A DNA stretch of 64,000 nucleotides from a virus (Duplodnaviria; Caudoviricetes), in the IMG/VR virus record IMGVR_UViG_3300025141_009413, positions 494-64,493 of that record; one strand, 5' to 3'. The translations under genes were made by a program, and so were the position numbers. Under the pieces are notes generated by a model that saw nothing but the letters and a program-made list of their open reading frames with translations, made no database searches and was not told the DNA's origin. Each line of letters opens with the position of its first letter. Position 1 is the first letter of the stretch. Positions 1 through 10,417 of the stretch are shown here, in pieces.

Positions 1-2
1 TG

Positions 3-512
3 ATCGCAGCTAGAGTATTAGGATATGGTAAAGAATATGAACTAGAAGTTCAGACACCAAATGGAAATGCTCAAAAGATAACAGTTGATTTAACGAGCTT
101 AGGCGAAAAGGCAGTTGACTTTGATGAACTTAAATCATCTGATGGCTCCTTCATAGTCGATCTTCCAGCTTCCAAAAGACAAGTAACTATACGATTACTT
201 ACACATGGAGCTCAAAAGAAAATAGATGCTGAACTAAAAGGTTTGGTAAAACTTAAAAGAGACGCATCAATGACAACTTTATTAAAACATGTTATAACTT
301 CCATAGATGGCGACTCAGAATCAAAATCAATTCGTCATTTTGTAGATAATGAATTATTTGCAATAGATGCTCGTGCAATAAGAAAACGGTTAACTGAGGT
401 TACACCGGATGTAGATTTGGAGATCGATTGTATCGACGAGGAGGACGGAGAGCCCTTTCGTTGCAACGTTACGATCGGATTGGACTTTTTTTGGCCTGAC
501 TCCAAAGTATAG
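3..512 (+). CDS. Tail assembly chaperone / T4 gp26-like baseplate hub assembly protein (5'-truncated by window edge)
   Basis: Frame is open from position 3 (IAARVLGYGKEYE...) to TAG at 510-512 and ends LDFFWPDSKV. It lies just upstream of the tape measure gene. Confidence 0.65.
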   Translation: MAARVLGYGKEYELEVQTPNGNAQKITVDLTSLGEKAVDFDELKSSDGSFIVDLPASKRQVTIRLLTHGAQKKIDAELKGLVKLKRDASMTTLLKHVITSIDGDSESKSIRHFVDNELFAIDARAIRKRLTEVTPDVDLEIDCIDEEDGEPFRCNVTIGLDFFWPDSKV

Positions 513-720
513 AGTAAGCATATACGATCAGGTGTTCGACTTAGTCTTCCATGGTAAAGGATTTTCTTACGAAGATGTATTAGATATGCCTGTATATTTA
601 CGTGTATACTATATAAACAAAATCAACAAATATTACGACGACAAAAATAAAGCACAAAAGAAAGCTAATAGACAAGCTGATTCCAAATCCAGCCGTGCAC
701 GTCCCCCTAAATTCAGATGA
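487..720 (+). CDS. Frameshift extension of the tail assembly chaperone (GT-like C-terminal part)
   Basis: The frame of ORF 532..720 is open back through the T7 run at 486-492, reading FFGLTPKYRVSIYDQVFDLVFHGKG... Its only start is a weak GTG at 532. Confidence 0.6.
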   Translation, partial: FFGLTPKYRVSIYDQVFDLVFHGKGFSYEDVLDMPVYLRVYYINKINKYYDDKNKAQKKANRQADSKSSRARPPKFR

Positions 721-726
721 TGTTCC

Positions 727-734
727 ATATTTAT
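727..734 (+). promoter_or_regulatory. Putative late promoter motif ATATTTAT
   Basis: The same 8-mer occurs in 8 intergenic gaps ahead of structural, lysis or cargo genes. Confidence 0.6.
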
Positions 735-752
735 TAAAAAGGATCTACTATC

Positions 753-1022
753 ATGGCACTGAACAAATTCGAGAAAAAACAATTAGCTCAAATCAACCGG
801 ATCAATGAAGGTCTAGGTTCTAGCGTTTTAAACTTATTATTTCGTGGCAAGTTCAAAAAACAACTCAAAAAAGCAGCAAAGACTCTAGATGAAAATCCAG
901 AATTAAAATCATTGTTAGCTGATTTCTATAGAAATGCTGAAAACATTGAAGATGAGATTAAAAGAGCTGCAGCTGAAGAAAAGGCTCTCTATAGAGCAAA
1001 TCGAAAAAAGTCTAAAAAATAA
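753..1022 (+). CDS. Hypothetical virion-associated protein
   Basis: 89-aa ORF after the late motif with an AAGGA RBS, sitting in the tail module. Confidence 0.6.
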   Translation: MALNKFEKKQLAQINRINEGLGSSVLNLLFRGKFKKQLKKAAKTLDENPELKSLLADFYRNAENIEDEIKRAAAEEKALYRANRKKSKK

Positions 1023-1032
1023 TTAGCAGTCT

Positions 1033-3594
1033 ATGGCGAATAAGAAAATAGATATAGAAAAGGAATATCTCAAAATCAAAAAAGAGTATAATCTCACACT
1101 GGATGAAGAGATTAGACTTGAAAAAATGATATTAGATTATCGGATCAAAGGTAAAACCACGCTGAGAGAAGAAATGGATTTATCCCAGAAGAAATCTTTT
1201 GAGATACGTGCACAACAAAAGGCCACAGAACGAGTTAAAGAAGTAGAATCAGAAAGAAATGATCTAGCTAAAGAATTACTAAAAACGACTAAAGCAATAG
1301 AAAATAATGAATTAGGAATATATTCTGTCACGAAGGATACAGCTAAAAACTATGTAGATTCTCATAAAGCAAAACTAGCTGATGTTATAGCATCTATGAA
1401 AAATAAATCATTAACTGATGCACAAAGAGATGCTTTAATAGATACCAAACAGGCATTGATCAAGACTATAGGCCATCACCAAAGTATTCTCGATATTCAT
1501 GAGAAGGCGGGAGATGAAGTCCAGAAAATGCAAGGCTATGCAGATATAGCTGGAGAGTCAGCTAACAAACTAGCCGGCAACATTCAAGGAATCTTTGATA
1601 AAATACCAGGTGGAAATTTCCTTGCAAAAGCATTAGGATTAGATAACGCAGCAGATAAATTAAAAAAAGGAGTGAATGTCGGCTTCGAAGCAATGACTTC
1701 TCATATAGCACAAGGCGGTACAAAAATAGGTGCCATGAAAGCCGGAATGTCAGCATTTAATAAAGTAGTTATGCTCAATCCATTATTATTAGTTGTAGCA
1801 GCAGGAGCAGCTTTATTTGCAATGTTAAATAAAGTAGATAAGAAGTCTAGAGAAATATCAGAAAAGACTGGTATGAATTTAGCAGCATCCAGACAATTAT
1901 ATAAAGAAACCAAACACTTTGTTGGCAATCCTTTAAAAAATCAATTAGCAACAAGTGAAGATATATTAACTGTTCAACAAGAGATGATAGCCGGCATGGG
2001 TAACATGGGTAGGTTACAAACAGGGGTAGCTGCTCAAGTTGCTGAATCAGGTAAGGCATGGGGATATGGTGCAGAACAAGCCGCGGCCATACAACAAAAC
2101 TTTATGGAACTTGGCGCAACAGGTCAAGAGGCAGCAGATGCACAAGATGAATTAGCAGCAAATGCTCTTAAAGCAGGCGTTAATGTTGGCGCAGTGATGA
2201 AAGATGTATCAGCTCATTCTAAAGATGCTATGAGGTATATGAGCGGCAATGTTGAGGAGATAGGCAAAGCAGCAGTCAAAGCAGCTAAGCTAGGTGTTTC
2301 GTTAGGTGTCATGACTAAAGTAGCTGATAAGTTATTAGACATTGAAGGTAGTCTAACTGCACAAGCCGAATTTCAAGCATTAACTGGTAAACAAATGAAT
2401 TTAGATAAAGCTAGAGAATTAGCATTATCTGGAGACATTGCTGGCGCAACAGAACAAGTTTTACGAGAAGTAGGATCGATTCATGATTTTAATAAATTAA
2501 ATGTCCTAGAAAAGAAAAAATTAGCTGAAGCAACAGGCATGGATGTTGATGAACTACAAAAATCATTAGCCATACAAGCGAAGATGGGTAAAATGACTGA
2601 TGAGGAACTAGCAGCAGCAAATGGACTAAATCTTTCAGCTAAACAATTACAAGAAATGAGTGCTGAAGATTTAAAGAAAGCAGTAGCAAAACAACAAGCA
2701 ACTGAAAAGGCTGCAAAAGGATTCCAAGATATGATTGATTCTTTACAAACAGCTTTATTACCATTAGCCGAAGCATTGAGTAGCATATTTGCAGCAATAG
2801 GACCAATCTTGTCAATAGCATTTGCTCCTCTTAAATGGGTAGGAAAAGTATTTAATTTTATATTTAACGACCTAGGTTTCATCTCAGATTTATTAAAAGG
2901 AATAGCTGCATATATGGCTATTATGTGGATAAAGACCAAACTTATCGGCGGCAAAGGTGGATTTGGAGGACTTGTAACAAAAGCCGGAACTTTCTTAAAA
3001 AGTTTATTTAGTATAAATACAGCTTCAAACGCAGAATTAGCAACGGAACAAAAGATAACAGCAGAGAAACAAAAACAAAATGGAATAATGGGTAAAGCTA
3101 AAGGGTTATGGAAAAAACTTAAAGGCGGAGCAACAGGCATGCTTAGCTCATTAAAAGGTATGACTAAAAAAGGCGGAGGTGCTGGTATTGGCAAATCTAT
3201 GTTAGGAGGGTTAGGAAAAGGTGCTAAAGGATTAGGTGGCTTGATAAAAGGTAACATGGGTACTATAATGGGCGGCGCGGCAATGGCATTCGGACCCCAA
3301 TTGATATCTGGGGCAATGAATATGTTCGGCGGAGGAGAAGAGGAAGTACCAGGGTTTGCAACCGGAGGAGAAGTTGGTTCAACAGGCATTGCAAAAGTTC
3401 ATGCTGGAGAAACAATCACACCAGCATCTAAAGTACCAGGTTCAGGCGGAGGATCGGATATGTCCCAAGTAGTATCAGTTCTTAATCAAATATTAGCAAA
3501 AGTTAATCAACCACCAGTAGTTAATTTGGATGGTTCCAGAGTGTCAGATAATGTAAATGCAAATAATTCATATAAAAATGGGAATACTTCATAA
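1033..3594 (+). CDS. Tail tape measure protein
   Basis: 853 aa, helical and Ala/Gln/Lys-rich, with hydrophobic stretches and a Gly-rich region. C-terminal FATGG...VHAGETITP motif is typical of tape measure proteins. Located downstream of the chaperone. Confidence 0.85.
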   Translation: MANKKIDIEKEYLKIKKEYNLTLDEEIRLEKMILDYRIKGKTTLREEMDLSQKKSFEIRAQQKATERVKEVESERNDLAKELLKTTKAIENNELGIYSVTKDTAKNYVDSHKAKLADVIASMKNKSLTDAQRDALIDTKQALIKTIGHHQSILDIHEKAGDEVQKMQGYADIAGESANKLAGNIQGIFDKIPGGNFLAKALGLDNAADKLKKGVNVGFEAMTSHIAQGGTKIGAMKAGMSAFNKVVMLNPLLLVVAAGAALFAMLNKVDKKSREISEKTGMNLAASRQLYKETKHFVGNPLKNQLATSEDILTVQQEMIAGMGNMGRLQTGVAAQVAESGKAWGYGAEQAAAIQQNFMELGATGQEAADAQDELAANALKAGVNVGAVMKDVSAHSKDAMRYMSGNVEEIGKAAVKAAKLGVSLGVMTKVADKLLDIEGSLTAQAEFQALTGKQMNLDKARELALSGDIAGATEQVLREVGSIHDFNKLNVLEKKKLAEATGMDVDELQKSLAIQAKMGKMTDEELAAANGLNLSAKQLQEMSAEDLKKAVAKQQATEKAAKGFQDMIDSLQTALLPLAEALSSIFAAIGPILSIAFAPLKWVGKVFNFIFNDLGFISDLLKGIAAYMAIMWIKTKLIGGKGGFGGLVTKAGTFLKSLFSINTASNAELATEQKITAEKQKQNGIMGKAKGLWKKLKGGATGMLSSLKGMTKKGGGAGIGKSMLGGLGKGAKGLGGLIKGNMGTIMGGAAMAFGPQLISGAMNMFGGGEEEVPGFATGGEVGSTGIAKVHAGETITPASKVPGSGGGSDMSQVVSVLNQILAKVNQPPVVNLDGSRVSDNVNANNSYKNGNTS

Positions 3595-6209
3595 TGGCAC
3601 TAATAGATTTAAAATCTGATTTATCCTGGTACGGGAAAAAGAAGCCTGGTCAAGGACCTAACGCTGATAGAGCCTCTACAGATTTTGTTTATAATGATGA
3701 CTTAAGTGTTTCAGTAAGACCATTTGGGTTCGACGACCAAGGATTTAATTCCTCCTTTCCTATCAAAACAAGTAAAAATGCATTTTTGATAGATGATAAT
3801 ACAAAAAGTTTTAGAGGCACATCTACTAGATTAACTCAATTAGGACAAGGATCTTTATTACCAATTGGACCAACAGGCAACGTACATAAGTTTGATCTAC
3901 CCAGAACAGGATTTAATCCAGACTTAAGATATGATGAAATTTATAATTCAACAAAAAATTCCGGCTTAGCAGATACATATACAAAAAAGTCTCCTATAGA
4001 TGACATGTATAATAAATTTAAAGTACGTGATGAAGTATATGACCCCTTCGGATATGCAAAGCCACCATTTATATTAAGAGGTATACAAAGAGATGATAAT
4101 TCAGATCCTCAAAGATTTGGGATCGTAAATAGTCCAGAAGATATTCCGCGCGGAGGAATCATAACTGCAACACAAAGAGCTTCATTAGATGTTGCTCGTA
4201 TATCTAAATGGTTAAGTCGACCCACCGGACTATATTTTGCAGCTAAGCAACAATCATTACATATGATGAATCCAAATAGAGAAGGTGCAAAAGGAATGCC
4301 TCAATCACCTATCTATAATGCCAATTCATCTAAAGTATGGACTCAGTTTAATTTAATTGAACAGATTTTAGGTGGAGTGTCTGGAACTCATGTAAGAAAA
4401 CATGGACTATTACCAATAGATATATTCGCCGGCATAGATCAAGACGGTAATATTTTATTACCATCTCCAAAAAGTAATTACGGTGATATATTACAAGACC
4501 GATTAGATGGAAAGGCTGACGATGGAAAACCATTAGCAGCTAAATTTGATGGAGAAAATGTTGCAACAACATATAATCGATTAGTAAATCAATATAGACT
4601 CTTTATTAATAATAGTAAATTTGACGGGGAATTATTAAAAGGTGCAAAAGGTGAAGAACTAACAACAGTATCTGGCAGAACAGGACCAGGCTCGGTCGGA
4701 GGAATAGGGAATACATCAATTACGAGAGCAGTAGTAACAACACCTAATGGAGAAATAGCAATTGGAGATTCTCAAGGCCGGCAATCTATTATAACAGCTT
4801 TTGATTTTTGGTCTAAACAATATTCATTTGGACAAAGATATTACGCAGAAGATATAGAAGGTAATCGATTAGCTTCTATTACAGAAAGAACATCTGATGG
4901 TGATTCTGATCCAATGTATAAAAAAGATTCTTTATCATCACGCGTAAGTAGTACAGGCTTTTCTGATAAGTTATCGCAAAACTTAGCTATTAGTGGACAA
5001 GATAATGTTACAGAGGCTAATTCAAATGATCAATTAGATTATGAGGGACTCTCTGCTGCAGCTGCAGCTAAAAAAGAGAACAATAAAATTTTAGATTTTC
5101 GTAAGAATAAAGATTTTAAAAGCGGCGAAGTATTTAAAAAAGATGAACCCGGCGCCGGCCCTTCGACGCGTGAAGAATTACTTACTAGAAAACTTAAAGA
5201 TAATCCACTTAAATTTGAAGACGGGACGGACGATAAGAAAAAATTCGATGGTATAGGAGATAGTGATAGAGCAGAACTTGATAACCCAGCCAAGTCTCAA
5301 CAAACCTCAGATTTTCCTGATAAACAATATAAAACTAGTGATTATGAAACATTAGGAAAATTAGCTGAGTTTCGAAAATCTAAAACAAATACACCTACAG
5401 ATTTTAGAATTAGTGATAAAGATAATGCAAAAGAATATATTAATTTTCTAGGAGCCGATGCCTCCGGAAAAACGTTCTCTGAAGAAGAACCACCAATACA
5501 AAAATTAAAAGATTTTGACGGAGTTTCAGATCCAAAAGGATTTGTGGACAATCCTGCAAAGCCAGAAGATCAGACTCCGGACTTAGCAAAATATAAAACA
5601 TTATCATATGGCTCAATTCAAAAAATAGCAAAAAGTAGAAAAGCTAATACTACTAATTTATTTGATTTTAGAACAGATGCAAAATATGATGATGCTGGAT
5701 ATAATTCCAAATTAGAAAATTCTGAATTAATAAGATTTAGTATAGGCGGCATTAAATTTAAAGCATATATAAATGACTTATCTGATAACTTTTCTCCCGG
5801 ATTTAGTGGTCAGCCGGATGTTGGGAGAGTTGACCCGCGGTATTTAATGACGAGTTGGGAACGTAGTATAGATATTGGATTTACAGTAGCACAAGAAAAA
5901 TCAGATGAACCGGTTTGGTCTTCATTACAGTCATTAGCAGATAAAACATTACCTAAATATAGTTCCGGTGCTTACGGACAAGGGGTGCATGTTAGAATTG
6001 GAAATTTATATAATACTACTATGTTGATAGATTCATTAACTTATTCATGGGATACTGAAACACCGTGGATATTAGATGGCATTTTGGATAAAAATGGTAA
6101 GAGACAAAAACAAACTTATAAAGGAAGACCAATGTACACAGACGTACAATGTGGATTTAAATATTTAGGTTCATCAGCACCTAAAGCAGGAGCAGCAATG
6201 TATGGATAG
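3594..6209 (+). CDS. Baseplate/tail-tube junction protein with internal repeats
   Basis: Follows the tape measure gene. C-terminal FKAYINDLSDNF...GRVDP...WERSIDIGF...IDSLTYSWD..PW resembles tail-tube-initiator domains. Internal repeats ...DNPAK...YKT..Y...DFR. Confidence 0.6.
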   Translation: MALIDLKSDLSWYGKKKPGQGPNADRASTDFVYNDDLSVSVRPFGFDDQGFNSSFPIKTSKNAFLIDDNTKSFRGTSTRLTQLGQGSLLPIGPTGNVHKFDLPRTGFNPDLRYDEIYNSTKNSGLADTYTKKSPIDDMYNKFKVRDEVYDPFGYAKPPFILRGIQRDDNSDPQRFGIVNSPEDIPRGGIITATQRASLDVARISKWLSRPTGLYFAAKQQSLHMMNPNREGAKGMPQSPIYNANSSKVWTQFNLIEQILGGVSGTHVRKHGLLPIDIFAGIDQDGNILLPSPKSNYGDILQDRLDGKADDGKPLAAKFDGENVATTYNRLVNQYRLFINNSKFDGELLKGAKGEELTTVSGRTGPGSVGGIGNTSITRAVVTTPNGEIAIGDSQGRQSIITAFDFWSKQYSFGQRYYAEDIEGNRLASITERTSDGDSDPMYKKDSLSSRVSSTGFSDKLSQNLAISGQDNVTEANSNDQLDYEGLSAAAAAKKENNKILDFRKNKDFKSGEVFKKDEPGAGPSTREELLTRKLKDNPLKFEDGTDDKKKFDGIGDSDRAELDNPAKSQQTSDFPDKQYKTSDYETLGKLAEFRKSKTNTPTDFRISDKDNAKEYINFLGADASGKTFSEEEPPIQKLKDFDGVSDPKGFVDNPAKPEDQTPDLAKYKTLSYGSIQKIAKSRKANTTNLFDFRTDAKYDDAGYNSKLENSELIRFSIGGIKFKAYINDLSDNFSPGFSGQPDVGRVDPRYLMTSWERSIDIGFTVAQEKSDEPVWSSLQSLADKTLPKYSSGAYGQGVHVRIGNLYNTTMLIDSLTYSWDTETPWILDGILDKNGKRQKQTYKGRPMYTDVQCGFKYLGSSAPKAGAAMYG

Positions 6210-6489
6210 ATATCAATTTACACCAAAAAAATCTGGGAAATGGGAGACTAGTCGTCTCTGTAAACCACCAGTACATGTAGACGATCAGTATATTTTTTCA
6301 CGTGAAGGCGACCGTTTAGATTTATTAGCAAAACAATTTTATGATGATGTAACTAAATGGTGGATTATAGCAATTGCGAATGATTTACGTATTGGTTCAT
6401 TTGTTATACCAGAAGGCTTACAAATACGAATACCTACATATACTGGAGATGTAAATGATGGATTAAGACTTTTAAACCAGGATAAGTAA
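6202..6489 (+). CDS. LysM-like baseplate wedge protein (gp53/tail-X-like)
   Basis: GDRLDLLAKQFYDD...WWIIAIAN...G.QIRIP signature. Confidence 0.8.
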   Translation: MDRYQFTPKKSGKWETSRLCKPPVHVDDQYIFSREGDRLDLLAKQFYDDVTKWWIIAIANDLRIGSFVIPEGLQIRIPTYTGDVNDGLRLLNQDK

Positions 6490-8273
6490 TGAGTTATTTT
6501 ACAAAAAGTTGTGGTATTCAACCTCCGGCAGGAGATCCATATGGTTTGCGAGAAAATGGCAATGCCACTGTTTCTGGCGGCGGCGGCTCATACGGAATCG
6601 GACCGGCATCAACTAGTGCTACATATAATAGTTTTTCAAGTAGACCAGCCGGCACATTAGATTCAGTAAAGGTATCTTTAAAAGGTGATGCTGGCTCATT
6701 ACGTACATGTGAAGCAACGATTACATGTTTTGAACAAGATGAATTTAAATCAGTAATTGGCGGCTTAGGAAAAGTAGGAACAGACTTATCAGTTTCTATT
6801 CCTGGTGGCTCATATTCAATGAGAGTATATGCACATGCATGGTCATTAGATAGTCAACAAAATTGGAAAGTTACTATAAAAGCAATGGGTCCAGGACAAG
6901 AGATAAAAAAGCTAAACATGTTAAGTTTAGCTTCTAATTCCGGATTAGCAGCAGGAAAAACATTTGTTACAGATTATGATGGCAATAATGAAGAAACAGC
7001 TGTAGCTGGAGTATTAGATTATATGATGTATACATTACAAGATGACCTAGGCCAGTTAGATACATATACATTTTCACCGCCTGATGGATCAAGTAGTCCC
7101 GGGAGATATTGTGTTATAAAAGCTCCATCTAATTATGGCGGAGGGGCAGGAGGCAATACTGGATTCTTTACATTTGATAGAATTTGTTATTTCACATTAG
7201 GATGGCTAGTAGAAACAGCAAATAAATTTATTAAAGCATCAAACCCGGAAGCATCATTGACAATTGGAGATTCTACATTCTCTGAAAAGATAACTAGACA
7301 AGGAGGCGTCCAAAGAGTCTTTTCAGCTGATCCTACAAATGTTTTAATACAATCCGGTCAATCTGATTTAGACCAATATGCTCCGGATAAGCCATTAATA
7401 CCAATATCAGAATGGTTTTGGAGTTTGCTAGGAAAACCGGCCGGCTTAAGATGTGATGCTGGTCATATCGGATCATTCACGACCGGAGGCACTCCACATA
7501 ATATTTTATTGTCTTATGATCTATTAAGAAGAATTGAAAGAGACCATACACGTAATGTAAAAAGTGAAGATGAAAAAATGAATACGAAATTACTCGGTGC
7601 TAAAAAAATAGCAACATTAGATGTAGAATCATTTTTTGGATCTGTATGTGCAGCAGTAAGAGAAGCAACAGGAGGATGGATAGATCTTATATTAACACAA
7701 GATTCTAGTTTAGAAAATCCAAACCCAGATTTATTGATAGTAAATAGAAATGAAAAACCAGATGCAGCTACACCAGCTATATTTTCAACTAGAGGTGGAG
7801 CAGCCGGCGGAGTGAGAGATATTAATGTAACAGGTGATATACCGCAGGCAGCTGCTGTAATGGCAATGACTGGCGGAGGCGGACCATCCCCGGCAAAAGT
7901 TGGAACCGCGGAAGAGAGTAAAGAAGGAAATTCATTCAATCCTCAATTGGTAATAGATGCAATACATAGTTTAGCAAACGCTGGGTTCTCCGGAGAAGCA
8001 TGTGATTCACTAAAAAATCTCATGAGAGATGCTGTTGCCGGACAAGCAACTCAACAAGCTAAAGGAGAAAAAACTGTTCCTTATCCTATAAAATTAGGAA
8101 TTACGCTTAATGGAGTAGTTGGATTTGAATTTGGTCATGCAGTAAACATTGATTCATTATCTGGAACAGTATGGGGCGGCGGCGATGCATGTTTTTGTGT
8201 AACAGAAATACATCATACTGTTACGAATAATGATTTTACTACTCAATTAAATACAGTTTTTAGATTATTATAA
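6489..8273 (+). CDS. Baseplate hub protein (gp27/late control D-like)
   Basis: Follows the LysM gene. C-terminal YPIKLGITLNGVVGFEFG...FCVTEIHHTV...FTTQL is typical of hub proteins. Confidence 0.6.
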   Translation: MSYFTKSCGIQPPAGDPYGLRENGNATVSGGGGSYGIGPASTSATYNSFSSRPAGTLDSVKVSLKGDAGSLRTCEATITCFEQDEFKSVIGGLGKVGTDLSVSIPGGSYSMRVYAHAWSLDSQQNWKVTIKAMGPGQEIKKLNMLSLASNSGLAAGKTFVTDYDGNNEETAVAGVLDYMMYTLQDDLGQLDTYTFSPPDGSSSPGRYCVIKAPSNYGGGAGGNTGFFTFDRICYFTLGWLVETANKFIKASNPEASLTIGDSTFSEKITRQGGVQRVFSADPTNVLIQSGQSDLDQYAPDKPLIPISEWFWSLLGKPAGLRCDAGHIGSFTTGGTPHNILLSYDLLRRIERDHTRNVKSEDEKMNTKLLGAKKIATLDVESFFGSVCAAVREATGGWIDLILTQDSSLENPNPDLLIVNRNEKPDAATPAIFSTRGGAAGGVRDINVTGDIPQAAAVMAMTGGGGPSPAKVGTAEESKEGNSFNPQLVIDAIHSLANAGFSGEACDSLKNLMRDAVAGQATQQAKGEKTVPYPIKLGITLNGVVGFEFGHAVNIDSLSGTVWGGGDACFCVTEIHHTVTNNDFTTQLNTVFRLL

Positions 8274-8282
8274 GGATAAGAT

Positions 8283-9014
8283 ATGGCATTATATAGACCT
8301 TTATCAGTTGATCCAAGAGAGAATGAGGTACGTACCACCTATGGTAAGGAATGGATGTATTTTGATACATTAAAAAATTATATTGGTGAATATCATGTTT
8401 ACCAAAATGGTGCAGTATATAGCTTACCAGAGTATGATCCTAAAAGAAGTTTGCCATTAATACCATATGTATCAACAATGGACCATCCTAATAATTTATC
8501 TTTTTTGAGACTCACCGGAAGGTTATATAATAAATTTTTTCCTCCAACATATTATTTTCTACAATTAGAACCGGTTCATTATGAACAAGGATTTGTATTT
8601 AGATATGTAATTCAAAAAAAGAATGAACCAAAAAAGATATGGGAAGTGAGTTCAAAACAATATAAAAATGTTAATAAAAATAATCAACCTGGAATAAATG
8701 CAGATATATATAATCGTGTACGATTTAAATGGTTATTAAAAGGCCCCCGTGAAGTTGTTGTCAATCAAAATCGTAAAACAATAATTGATTTATTACCTAA
8801 ATTTCCGGGTATAACAGATTACTTTAATGACCCTGCTGAATATTTGTTAGTAAAACCTGAATCAGAAGCATCTAATTTATATACTCCAGGCGGTCAATAT
8901 AAAACAGACTCCGGCGTAAATTATATCGGTCTATATCACATACATCCTATTTTAGGAGCTATGGAAGGTGCTAAACATATTAACCAAGTCCATGGCAAAC
9001 TTACCCCAATATAA
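8283..9014 (+). CDS. Hypothetical tail-module protein
   Basis: 243-aa ORF with two similar motifs (NYIGEYHVY / NYIGLYHIH). Confidence 0.6.
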   Translation: MALYRPLSVDPRENEVRTTYGKEWMYFDTLKNYIGEYHVYQNGAVYSLPEYDPKRSLPLIPYVSTMDHPNNLSFLRLTGRLYNKFFPPTYYFLQLEPVHYEQGFVFRYVIQKKNEPKKIWEVSSKQYKNVNKNNQPGINADIYNRVRFKWLLKGPREVVVNQNRKTIIDLLPKFPGITDYFNDPAEYLLVKPESEASNLYTPGGQYKTDSGVNYIGLYHIHPILGAMEGAKHINQVHGKLTPI

Positions 9015-9015
9015 A

Positions 9016-9047
9016 TTTTGATTTACGAGATATTTTTCTTATATTTA
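9016..9047 (+). promoter_or_regulatory. Class E (early/middle) promoter, 32-bp motif TTWKGA..YGA(A/G)A...TATATTWA
   Basis: One of 12 gap-free alignable copies. Ends 1 nt before the polA ATG. Confidence 0.7.
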
Positions 9048-9048
9048 T

Positions 9049-10401
9049 ATGATGGTTATAGTAGAAGATGAATTAGAATTTAAAAATGTAAAGGAATTAT
9101 TACAAAAAGGAGATAGTTTCTGGATACCAATGTATTCGGATGTTTATCACCATTATACTCATAACGAATTGAGTTTTTTGTATATATACTATATTCCTGA
9201 CGACTTAGAATACATTGTATCATTCCGTCATACTGATTGTATAAGCCTGGAAAGAGAACGTTTACAAGAACTTATAAGTCCATGCGATATATATGTATTA
9301 GCCAAGAAACGCTTTGGTAAATTCTATTCTGGAAAATGTTATGATGCAGACCTCATGTCTTGGTGGCAAACACATAAAATGTTGCCGTTAAATGAAACAA
9401 ATACCACTGCACATGATATATGGAACCGGTGGTGGCATAATGAAACAAATACAAATGATTGGCTGCCTATAACTAAACATGTCGAACGTTGTACAGGTAT
9501 GCGAAAAGAATTTATGAAATCATATGATACATTTAAAATGACGCCTGAATTTAAAAAGTACGATTCGTATGTAATTGATAATTTTTATTCTATAGAACAA
9601 AATGGTTTATATGTTAACAAAAAACTTTATACAGAAAAATTTCAAACTAACGGAATACATAACAGTAAAGTATTTACCGAATATAATTTATATACTTCAA
9701 CGGGAAGACCTTCTAATAAGTTTGGTGGTATTAATTATGCTGCTCTAAATAAAGAAAATGGATGTAGAGAATCATTTATATCTAGATTTGAACATGGCGT
9801 GTTATTAGAATTAGATTATGATGCGTTCCACGTCCGGCTGATCGCAGATATGATAGAGTTTGATTTACCAGAAGGCTCAATACATGAATACTTTGGTAAG
9901 CAATATTTTGGTGTAGATAAATTATCTGCAGAACAATATGAACAAAGTAAAAAAATAACATTTAGATTATTATATGGTGGCATAGATAAAGACTTTGCAA
10001 AGATACCATTCTTTGGCGAAGTAAAAAATTATGTAAGTAGTTTATGGAAAGGATATAAACGATATGGATTTGTGAAGACAGAATACTTTAAACGGCCAAT
10101 GTATGCAGAACATTTACATGAAATGAACCCAAATAAATTATTCAATTATCAGTTACAAGCAGCAGAGACAGAACATAATTTGAATATAATAAATGATGTT
10201 AATACATTGCTACAACGATATAATAGTAAGATGGTATTATATACCTATGACTCACTACTGTTTGATTATGATTTAAGAGATGGCAAAGAATTTATTTATG
10301 AATTAAAAGATACAATTTCAGAATCCGGTAAGTACCCGGTCAAAATAAAAGCTGGCGTAAATTATCATGCAATGAGAGACATGACTTCCAAAACTATTTA
10401 A
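9049..10401 (+). CDS. polA: Family A DNA polymerase, lacking the 5'-3' exonuclease domain, divergent
   Basis: TSTGRPS, motif A LELDYDAFHVRLIA, motif B SKKITFRLLYGG, motif C LYTYDSLLFD. Confidence 0.85.
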   Translation: MMVIVEDELEFKNVKELLQKGDSFWIPMYSDVYHHYTHNELSFLYIYYIPDDLEYIVSFRHTDCISLERERLQELISPCDIYVLAKKRFGKFYSGKCYDADLMSWWQTHKMLPLNETNTTAHDIWNRWWHNETNTNDWLPITKHVERCTGMRKEFMKSYDTFKMTPEFKKYDSYVIDNFYSIEQNGLYVNKKLYTEKFQTNGIHNSKVFTEYNLYTSTGRPSNKFGGINYAALNKENGCRESFISRFEHGVLLELDYDAFHVRLIADMIEFDLPEGSIHEYFGKQYFGVDKLSAEQYEQSKKITFRLLYGGIDKDFAKIPFFGEVKNYVSSLWKGYKRYGFVKTEYFKRPMYAEHLHEMNPNKLFNYQLQAAETEHNLNIINDVNTLLQRYNSKMVLYTYDSLLFDYDLRDGKEFIYELKDTISESGKYPVKIKAGVNYHAMRDMTSKTI

Positions 10402-10408
10402 TATTTAT
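10401..10408 (+). promoter_or_regulatory. Putative late promoter ATATTTAT
   Basis: Intergenic copy of the recurring motif. Confidence 0.55.
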
Positions 10409-10417
10409 TAAAAAGAA

